A stretch of DNA of 32,220 nt. Origin: Paraspadella gotoi (taxonomy: Eukaryota; Animalia; Chaetognatha). Location: positions 1-32,220 of the forward strand of contig JBJCIZ010000995.1 in assembly GCA_051294375.1 (NCBI GenBank). The letters are read 5' to 3'. The translations under genes and the position numbers were made by a program. The notes below the pieces were generated by a model. It ran no database searches. It worked only from the letters and a program-made list of their open reading frames with translations, and was not told the origin of the DNA. Each line of letters opens with the position of its first letter. Within the stretch, counting starts at the first letter, position 1. Positions 14,003-24,100 of the stretch are shown piece after piece.

Positions 14003-14677
14003 CGATGAATGATTCATCGCATCAATGAATGATTATCCTCGCATCAATGAATGACTAATTTTGACTATCATCGCATCAATGAATGATTATCATCGCATCA
14101 ATCATTTGGTTATCATCGATTCAATTATTGGTTAGCATCGCATTAATATTTTGTTATCATCGCATCAATAATTGGTAATCATTGCATTAATAATTGGTTA
14201 TCATCGCATAAATAAATTATTATTACATCAATAAATTATTATTACATCAATAAATTACTATTACATCAATCAATAAATTACTATTACATCAATCAATCAA
14301 TTATTATTACATCAATCTATCAATTACTATTACATTAATCAATCAATTACTATTACACCATTCAATCAATTACAATTACATCGATCAATTACTATTATAT
14401 CAAAAAATCAATTATTATTACATCAATCAATGAATTATTATTACACCAATTAATCAATTACTATTACATCAATCAATCAATCAATTACTATTATATCAAT
14501 TAATTAATATTATATCAATCAAACAATTAATATTATATCAATCAATTAATTACTATTAAATCAATCAAGCAATTTAAATATTACATCAATCTATCAGTTA
14601 CTATTGCATCAATCAATCAATAACTATTTCATCAATTAATTATTATTACATAAATAATTCGTTATCGCATCAATCAT
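14003..14677 (+). repeat. ~20-24-bp minisatellite grading from ATCATCGCATCAATGAATGATT to ATTACTATTACATCAATCAATCA
   Basis: Direct tandem units running into the assembly gap. Confidence 0.85.
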
Positions 14678-15326
14678 NNNNNNNNNNNNNNNNNNNNNNN
14701 NNNNNNNNNNNNNNNNNNNNNNNNNNNNNNNNNNNNNNNNNNNNNNNNNNNNNNNNNNNNNNNNNNNNNNNNNNNNNNNNNNNNNNNNNNNNNNNNNNNN
14801 NNNNNNNNNNNNNNNNNNNNNNNNNNNNNNNNNNNNNNNNNNNNNNNNNNNNNNNNNNNNNNNNNNNNNNNNNNNNNNNNNNNNNNNNNNNNNNNNNNNN
14901 NNNNNNNNNNNNNNNNNNNNNNNNNNNNNNNNNNNNNNNNNNNNNNNNNNNNNNNNNNNNNNNNNNNNNNNNNNNNNNNNNNNNNNNNNNNNNNNNNNNN
15001 NNNNNNNNNNNNNNNNNNNNNNNNNNNNNNNNNNNNNNNNNNNNNNNNNNNNNNNNNNNNNNNNNNNNNNNNNNNNNNNNNNNNNNNNNNNNNNNNNNNN
15101 NNNNNNNNNNNNNNNNNNNNNNNNNNNNNNNNNNNNNNNNNNNNNNNNNNNNNNNNNNNNNNNNNNNNNNNNNNNNNNNNNNNNNNNNNNNNNNNNNNNN
15201 NNNNNNNNNNNNNNNNNNNNNNNNNNNNNNNNNNNNNNNNNNNNNNNNNNNNNNNNNNNNNNNNNNNNNNNNNNNNNNNNNNNNNNNNNNNNNNNNNNNN
15301 NNNNNNNNNNNNNNNNNNNNNNNNNN
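14678..15326. other. Assembly gap (649 N)
   Basis: Run of N. Confidence 1.
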
Positions 15327-16651
15327 GATTAATTAATTATTGATTAATTAATTGACTAATTGATTAATAACTGATTAATTATTTGATTTATTTAATACAT
15401 CCTGCATATACATTTAATATAAAAAGAAAAGATCATAATCAATTAGTGAAACGGGTTTTTTGTTTTTTTTCCATTTAAACTCATTTCCACTCAAAAGATT
15501 CCATCGAAACTTGGTTTCCTGTTCAATCTCACACTTTTCTACTCACATACAAAATTCCAGGTCAATCGATAATTAAGTGGTAATAAGCTAACTTGGTCAA
15601 CTTGCCATAATTTAATCAACTTGCATATTGGTCAACTGACATAATTTGGTTAACTGACATAATTTGGTCAACTGACATAATTTGGTCAACTGACATAATT
15701 TGATCAATTAAGATAATTTGGTCAACCAGCATAATTTGGTCAACTGGCATAATTTTATCAACTGGCCTAATTTGGTCAACTGGCATAATTTGGTCAACAG
15801 GCATAAATTTGGTCAACTGGCATATTTTGGTCAACTGGCATATTTGGTCAACTTTAAGAATTTGGTCAATGGCATATTTTGTTAATTGGCAATTTGGTCA
15901 ATCAATCAAGCAATAAATCAATCAATCATCAATCAGAGATAGAGAGAAAATTTAAAAAATTCAAATAAATGTATCTTTTGGTTTTCTAATTTGAACTCTT
16001 TTCACTCCTACGATTCCATCAAAAAATTTATATCCAGCTTTATCACATACTTTCCTACCCACACACAAAATTCATTTTTCGATTTATCTATCCAATTTTT
16101 AATAAACATAATAATTATGAGTAAATTTAAGTAAAAATACTTCAAGTAAATATGACTTTTGTTTTTTCCATTTTAACTCATTTCCACTCGCACGATTCCA
16201 TCGAAACTTTATATCCAGCTCAATCACACACTTTCCTACCATCATACAAAATTTCAAGTCAATTGCCCTATCCACTCATGAGCAATTGGCGTTCAAATAG
16301 TGAAATATATTTTTTTCTTTTTTCCATTTAAACCAATTTCCACTCGCACGATTCCCTCGAAACTTCATATCATCTCAATCACAAGTTTTCTACCCACACA
16401 CAAAATTTAATATCAATCCATCCATCCAATCACGAGTAATTGGAGTTTTTTGCTAAGGTGGGACGGACGGACCGACGGACGGACGGACAGACGGACAGAC
16501 GGACGGACATCGTTTTTTTTTGCATAATTTATCATAATTCGATGTTCTGAATGATATAAGTGTGTGCCCGACAATATTGAGGGGGCGGACCGACGGACCG
16601 ACAAAGTGAATTATAGAGTCGGGATCTGCTGATAAGCAGATCCGATAAAAA
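15327..16651 (-). mobile_element. HINE family 1 copy, 5' half (rest lost in gap)
   Basis: 5' end GTCGGGATCTGCTGATAAGCAGATCCGATAAAAA at about 16618-16651, (GGAC)n at 16460-16508, 18-bp array at about 15590-15900. Confidence 0.8.
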
Positions 16652-17031
16652 TCTTAAGAGGAAAGGTCATTCAGCATAACAATACGTAATCATTGATGTA
16701 TTAGAGCTAATACATCGAGAAATACATCGTAATCACCAGTAATCACCAAAAAAAGTTTTTATTTATATGTCAACATTGTGTTTAAATATTTTTTTCGAAA
16801 TCAGTAAATAACAAATTGTTAAGTTAAATGGGTAAGCACATTTTTAAAGATTTGTTTTTCAATCTGTTTGTTAAAAATTTTTAGGTAAGAAGTTAAAACA
16901 CGGTATGGTTAGTTTAGAAGGGGAGAATTAAACAATTAATCTCGTTACTCTGTTGGTTTTCCAGTCATGAACAAAATCTTCAGTTAAATAGATGGTAAAG
17001 AAATTCGAGCTACAATGAATCTACACTGAAT

Positions 17032-17302
17032 TGAAGAGTTGCAGCCTTGACGACTGCAATAATATTGAATTAAAAATTTGATTAGCAATCTTAAAACATT
17101 TGTAAAAATGTAATAGAGAGACATTTTGATAAACGCGTTCCAGTGAGAAAGAATTCAGGTTAAAGTTTAAAAACGTTTTCATTTTCAAGGATCAAGTTGA
17201 AATTTAAAAATGTCTCTCTATTACATTTTTCTAATTCAGTAATAAAAAATTCATAAAAAATATCAGATGGATTGGCCTTTTCGTTTGACCTGCAACTCTT
17301 CA
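17032..17302. mobile_element. MITE/foldback-like element with nested inverted repeats
   Basis: 13-bp IR TGAAGAGTTGCAG (17032-44) / CTGCAACTCTTCA (17290-302), and a perfect 24-bp inner IR 17104-17127 / 17207-17230. No clear TSD. Confidence 0.5.
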
Positions 17303-17517
17303 GATAGGTTTCTTTTATTTTATATTATAATTAAAACCGATATAAAATGGGGGTAGAATGAATCAAATGTTTAAAGTGAATACATTTTCGGAATCGCCAG
17401 GAGCTCAGCTTTCTGAATTTTAGCCTATTTTGAAGTTGAATTGAATGACCCTTTTTCTTAAAGTGATCTCGCCAGACATTACTATCAAGAAAATTAATGA
17501 AAAAATCCGGAAAAAAA

Positions 17518-17935
17518 TGAGTGAGTGGAAATGAGTTTAAGTAGAAAAAACATAAGTCGCGTTTACTAAAATATTTTTAATTATTTTAACCAATAAGTCC
17601 TCTAATTAATCATAATTGGATGGATAGATTGAGTTCAAATTTTTTGTGTGGGTAGAAAAATGTGTATCGATGCTTGATATAAAGTTTCGGTGGAAACCCA
17701 TAATAGATTGAGATGAAATTTTGTGAGTGGGTAGTGTGTGAAGAAGCTNNNNNNNNNNCTGAATAAAAATACTTTTTACAATACAATTTTAAGGACATCG
17801 ATATTGGGAAGTTGAATATAAATTTAAAATTAATTATTACATATTAAAATTTATTATTACATATTAAAATTAATTGATTAATTAATTAATTAATTATCGT
17901 AGGCAGATCCGACATTGTTTGCTCAAACTTGTTTT
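17518..17935 (+). mobile_element. HINE family 1 3' fragment (spans 10-N gap)
   Basis: Internal module GAGTGGAAATGAGTTTAAG plus the 3' terminus TAGGCAGATCCGACATTGTTTGCTCAAACTTGTTTT, identical to 28704-28739. Confidence 0.75.
17749..17758. other. Assembly gap (10 N)
   Basis: Run of N inside a HINE fragment. Confidence 1.
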
Positions 17936-18042
17936 CTCTCTGTCTCTCTTTATCGTTCTCTGTAGTATTGACTCTATTGTCCCTGTTTCATCTGCTAATA
18001 AACGAGCTCATATATATTCATTTATTAACTGTTTTGACTCAG

Positions 18043-18132
18043 TTGATAACTGGGCCAAACAATCCATCTCAGTGAAAGCGACAAACACGATGTCGAAGAC
18101 GCTGCCTGATTGTCAGTTAAGCAAAGATCTCG
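18043..18132 (+). CDS. GT7 glycosyltransferase exon (stem region)
   Basis: Acceptor ttttgactcAG (18041-42), donor GTAAGA (18133). Encodes DNWAKQSISVKATNTMSKTLPDCQLSKDL, resembling the LPxC..LxG stem motif. The phase-1 end joins the next exon. Confidence 0.7.
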
Positions 18133-21100
18133 GTAAGACTGCTTAGATGCAGGGCAAAAATAAATAACCACAACAAGTAAAGAAAAAAGAGAGAACCCAA
18201 AAAGGGTTCCCCCTAACAACTATCCAGAGTGTCCAGAGTATGCAATACAGAATTTCAAGGATCTGTTTTTACAAAAGATCCCTAATCTCCATTTAACCCT
18301 TTTTGGGTTCTTTATAATCTTTATATTCTCTTTTTCTAGCATTATGAAAACTTTAAAAAAAAATTATGTTTCCTGAGCTTGTGATGTCGTTTAAAGATTT
18401 AAAAATTATTTTCCCCTATATCCTTAAGGGCCAATATGGTCTCGTTCAAAGTTAAAAAACTTTGAATCCTGGCAACGATATATGAAAAACAACGCCGCCG
18501 ATTTGAAATTTATGGAATATTTTAAGTACATAAGAACAAATAAGAAACAAGAAATAATTAATTTGTAATTCATCATTAGTAATTAATTAACGATCGGTTT
18601 TCCAGATTGCACTCAACGAAAGGAGGAGCTTGGAAACCAAAAAATTGTGTTGCTAGACACTCAGTCGCTATTATTATTCCGTTCAGGTGAAATTCAATGA
18701 TGATGACGATGATTTATTTTTTCATCTTAACAATATTTTTTTGGAAGAGCTGTTGTCGGATATTGATATATGTTCACCCCGCCTATAAATATGACTCTGA
18801 AGAGACAGTAATTATTGATAAGTGTTAATGACAGAACCGTTCAATATAAGCAGTCCCTGAGCTTCGGATCAGGCTGTCCGTCCGCCCGTCCGTCCGTCCG
18901 TCCGTCCGTCCGCCCGTCCGTCCGTCCGTCGTTTCCTCTCCGTCTCCGTCCCACCTTAGCAAAAAACTCCAATTACTCGTGATTGGATGGATGGATTGGA
19001 ATGAAATTTGGTGTGTGGGTAGGAAAACGTTTGATTGAGGTGGATATGAAGTTTCGAGGGAATCGTGCGAGTGGAAATTGGTTTAATGGAAAAAACAAAA
19101 AAATATTTTTCACTATTTGAACGCCAATTGCTCATTGAGTGTGATAGGGCAATTGACTTGAAATTTTGTATGATGGTAGGAAAGTGTGTGATTGAGCTGG
19201 ATATAAAGTTTCGATGGAATCGTGCGAGTGGAAATGAGTTAAAATGGAAAAAACAAAAGTCATATTTACTTGAAGTTATTTTACTTAAATTTACTCATAA
19301 TTATTATGTTTATTAAAAAATTGGATAGAAAATCGAAATTGAATTTGTGTGTGGGTAGGAAAGTAGTTGATAAAGCTGGATAAAAAATTTTTGATGGAAT
19401 TGTAGGAGTAGAAAAGAGTTCAAATTAGAAAACCAAAAGACACATTTATTTGAATTTTTAAAGTTTCTCTCTCTCTATCTCTCTCTGATTGATTGATTGA
19501 TTGATTGACCAAATTAGCCAATTGACAAAATATGCCAGTTGACTAAATTCTTAAAGTTGACCAAATTATGCCAGTTGACCAAATTCTGCAAGTTGATCAA
19601 GTTATGCAAGTTGACCAAATTATGCCTGTTGACCAAATTATGCCAGTTGACAAATTATGCCATTGACCAAATTAGGCCAGTTGATAAAATTATGCCAGTT
19701 GACCAAATTATGCCAGTTGACCAAATTATCTTAATTGATCAAATTATGTCAGTTGACCAAATTATGTCAGTAGACCAAATTATGTCAGTTAACCAAATTA
19801 TGTCAGTTGACCAAATTATGCAAGTTGATTAAATTATGCAAGTTGACCAAGTTAGCTTATTACCACTTAATTATCGATTGACCTGGAATTTTGTATGTGA
19901 GTAGAAAAGTGTGTGATTGAACAGGAAACCAAGTTTCGATGGAATCTTTTGAGTGGAAATGAGTTTAAATGGAAAAAAACAAAAAACCTGTTTACAGAGG
20001 AGGATTTAGCCTGCCGTCAATTCTCCTCTTCTTCTTCTTCTTTTTCCTCCTCCTGCCCCTCAGTATATTTTTTCTAGCGATACATTCTCTAGTTTTTTAC
20101 TCTTCGTGAATATACCATTATTTTTCCCTCTATTTCTTCACGCCTTCAATACCCTCAAGGTTTCACTAACTAATTATGATTCTTTTTACTTTTATATTAA
20201 ATGTATATGCAGGATGTATTAATTAATCAATTAGTCAATTAATTAATCAATAATTAATTAATCAGTCAATCAATCCGTCCATCCGTCCCACCTTAGCAAA
20301 AAGCTCCAATAACTCGTGATTGGCTGGTTGGATTGGAATGAAATTTTGTGTGTGGGTAGGAAAGTTGTGATAAAGCTGGATATAGTTTCGACGGAATCGT
20401 GTGAGTGGAAATGAGTTTAAGTGGAAAAAACATAAGTCGCATTTACTAAAATATTTTTACTTATTTTAACCAATAAGTACTCTAATTAATCATAATTGGA
20501 TGGATAGATTGAGTTCAAATTTTTGTATGAGATAGGGTTATTTGTATTTTTCGTTTTTTTTTTCTTTACTGTTCATTTATTTTTTTTCTTTGTGTGTTGT
20601 GAGGATTTAAGATTTTTTGATGGAATCCGTAGGGAAGGTGGAGAGTTTCTGAAGAATAATTTATTTGTTTTTATTTCTTTTTGTTGTTGTTGATTGAATT
20701 TATTGCCTTGAATTGATGATTAATGTTATATGTTGCATTCCTTAGTGATTGGTTGAATTGAGTTGATTAATCGCTGTTGATATGTGTTTTAGATTGATTT
20801 ATGGTTGTTGCTGGTGTTTTTTGAATATTATGGTGACTTTGTGTTGTTATGTGTATGATGTCGTGACTATGCGTTGATTATTTGGTTGGTTAGTTATATT
20901 AATTAATGATTTGACTGGTTTTGTTGTGAAGAGGTGTGAATTGAGGAAGTTTGTGATCTTTGAGTGGATGAGTTTTTATGGAGTTTTTTGATTATGATCT
21001 TTTTCTTTTATATTAATGTATTGAGGATGAATTATTCTTTTGTTTTATTTTTATTTTTATTTTATTATTGGGTCTCTGTCTGTCTTTGAGCTAGGGGGTA

Positions 21101-24100
21101 GAAAATTGATTGCGTGTGACATTGGGGGTTGGATTGATATTTTTGTTTGGTGTAGTGTGTGTGAATAGTGTATTGATGTATGAGTATACTCGATGTCGTA
21201 GTAATAGAAAATTACAGGAAATGAAGTTAAATGGAAAATATAATTATGTATGCACTATAATATAACTTTGATCTTTTTTACTATATTTGATGGTATCGCA
21301 TGAGAGTTATATTTGAGATATTAATTTTGTGAGCGGGTAGGAAAGTGTGAGAAGAAGCTAGATATAAAGTTTTGATGGAATTGTGCCAGAGGAAATGAGT
21401 TTAAATAGAAAAAAACATAAGTCACATTTACTTGAATCTTTATTATTTATGATTACTAATTTATGATTACTAATAAATGTTTTAATTAATTAAATAATTA
21501 ATGTGAAAAAATTATGCAATTTAAAAAAATTATGCAAGTTGAAAAAATGATGCAAGCAGAAAAATGATGCAAGTTAAAAAAATCGTAAAAGCATAAGGAT
21601 CGTCGCAATTGCAAAGAGAGAGAGAGGAATAGAGAGCAGAAAAATGAGCATAAGGATCGTTGCAATTGCAATTGCTATGATTATGAATCAGTGACGAGGA
21701 AAAAGAGAGTGGGAGAGAGACATGTAATTAAAAGAGAAAAGAGAGAGAGAAAAAAATATGAAAATAAAAGAGAGAAAATTTGTTTGTTTTGATAAAACGT
21801 AAACAAAACATATTTAATAACTGTCCAGACTCAATTTTAAGCACATCGATGATGAGAAGCTGTATATAAATTTTCAGCTTCATACACCCAAATTTAGTCA
21901 TAAAAAAGGCGATCTATAATTTGGAACCCGGACGTCAACGACGACGACGACGCCACTTATGCACCAAAGCGTTACAATATCGTCGCAAACGCTAAGCGAT
22001 TGCGACGATAAAAAAATAATATAGATAATTAATTTTATTTTTTTAAAAAAAATATATGATATTTAATTAAAAATTAATCTCAAATAAACTAACAGATAAA
22101 TATTAGCTGAGCACTTTAATTCAAAATCATATCCAGCTTTAAAAAGTAATTTTATGTTTTATTACTTATCAAAAAAAAATTTTTTATAAAATTATATTAT
22201 AATAATAGCTTACTCAATATTTGATATATATTATTAATAGACAAATATGTAAAAATATTAACAAACATAATGCTTTAACTTTTAATACTTAATTAGAGTA
22301 TATATTAATATTTTTTTAAATATTTTTTTTATTTTTAAAATTTTTTATATTAAAATTATTATTAATTAAAAAAAAACTTATTTTGAAGCCTAATAATAGA
22401 ACTGCATTTTGAGAACATATTTGTATCTTTATTTTTAAGAAATAATCTGTTCAACGGTACTAATTGATTAATCTTTTTGAAAAAAAATTTCTTATTTTTA
22501 CTTATATTTCAATAACGAAAAGTAATATTAAGTTGGGAGAGGACTCAAATTAAAGCTTATGCTTTGTAGATTATGATAGACATGTAGACATTCAAATTGT
22601 AAGAATATTCACTAAACTACTTTGTGATTAAACTTTCTTTCGTTGTGTTTTGAGTTATTTGAGATTAAAGACGAAGTCTTGGAACATCAACGATTTTATT
22701 TTATGGTACATACAAGTTTCATCAGTGCTTTGACAATTCACAATTTTCATTTTTTTCAAATTGACTTTGGGAGAGAGAGAGAGAGAAGAAATGGCCAACA
22801 AAGATGTGAGACAGGACAGTGGTGAAATGTGAGGACAGGTTTAAGTTGGTAGAGAGAGAGAGAGAGAGAGAGAGAGAATGTGAGGGAAAAGAAATTAAAT
22901 TTTGTGAGTGAGGGAGAGAGAGAGAGAAAAGAGAGAGAGAGAGAGAGAGACAGAAGCAGAGTTTAACATTTGGTAAGAAAATTTACATGAGATAATGTAC
23001 AACAATAGTAAATTTAATAAATAAGTAAATGGACTTAAACTAAAATATTTAAATTAATTCAGATTAAAATAAATAAAGAAGTGAAATTTAGATGAAATGG
23101 AAATAAAGATGTTGAGGGATAGGTAAGTGAAGGAGTAAGTGAAAAATAAAAAAAAGAAAAAGCTCAAAACAACCCAGTCCGACTCTCCTCAGATCGGGCG
23201 CCCACCAAAAAGACGGTTACAGGAGGAGGAGAGGGAGTCTGTAATTCCCGTTGCAAAACAGGCAAAAACAGACCACCGCCTGCCTCGCCAACAGGCGAGA
23301 CGAGGGCCGTTGGCAGGTTTATCAGGCCTGAGAGATATTCGAGTTGCACTTGGCCTCTTTCCACCCGGGTCTCTACTGGACCCGTCCATGTCGCACTCCA
23401 CTACAATAGCCTCTCATCCTATGACAAACCAATGACCTGACCACATCGTCAGCATCCCCCATTATTGACCCAGGGGGGGGCAGCTCATTTTGAGATTTTT
23501 CTTTTTCTTATTTTTCACTTACTCTTTCACTTACCTATCCCTCAAAATCTTTATTTCCATTTAATCTAAATTTCACTTCTTTATTATCTGAATTAATTTA
23601 AATATTTTAGTTTGTTTAAGTCTGTTTACTTATTTATTAAATTTACTATTGTTGTACATTATCTAATGTAAATTTTCTTACCAAATGTTAACCTCTGCTT
23701 CTGTAAGGGGGAGCCTAATTCAGTAAGGTGGTTAAGAAATTTGAATTAAGCACCTGCTCAAACAAAAATTTAGACATTTTTAAAAAAAATTGAATAGACA
23801 AAAAATTTTAATATTACTCCTTACTCCATATATTAATTTTTTAATATTTATTTATAAATAGGGAAGGTAAAAAATTTTTTAAGGATTTTAAGGATCAGAT
23901 TCAGGTAGCTTGCAAAAAGTTGTCTATACAAAGTATAATTCTTTTTTCGATATTTTGATCATAAGTGTGTGAAAAATATGAAAAACTATTTATAATCATC
24001 ATTATCATCATTTTTCGATAATTTTATTACTTTTTCTTAATTTGGACCAAAAAAACAGAACAATTTTTGAAAGTTATAGTTATATTTTTTATTTAACTTT

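Noticed and set aside
15590-15900. CRISPR-like regular repeats
   Set aside because: Head-to-tail units with no unique spacers, no cas genes, and a eukaryotic intron-containing context.
16745-16837. Candidate first/TM exon (KKVFIYMSTLCLNIFFEISK; ATG G|GTAAGC)
   Set aside because: The hydrophobic frame is bracketed by stops, and the ATG-G micro-exon would give a protein with no TM anchor; it cannot be supported without transcripts.
17265-17303. Minus-strand CTGAAGA-GTT..AAC-GAAA hammerhead-like string
   Set aside because: No stem III/NUH triplet or stem I can be formed; it overlaps the MITE-like IR.
17919-18042. Signal-peptide-like start of ORF 17919-18146 (MLKLVFSLSLFIVLCS)
   Set aside because: It begins at TTG inside the HINE 3' terminus and a CT tract; only 18043-18132 has splice signals and family resemblance.
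19539-19832. ORFs with VDQIM repeats (also 15616-15834 and 27165-27350)
   Set aside because: Translations of an 18-bp minisatellite inside a non-coding transposon; the frame stays open only because the unit is a multiple of 3.
23139-23435. 98-aa ORF in the spacer of the inverted repeat
   Set aside because: No recognisable RT, GIY-YIG or transposase motif in the frames examined; it starts at GTG inside the repeat arm.
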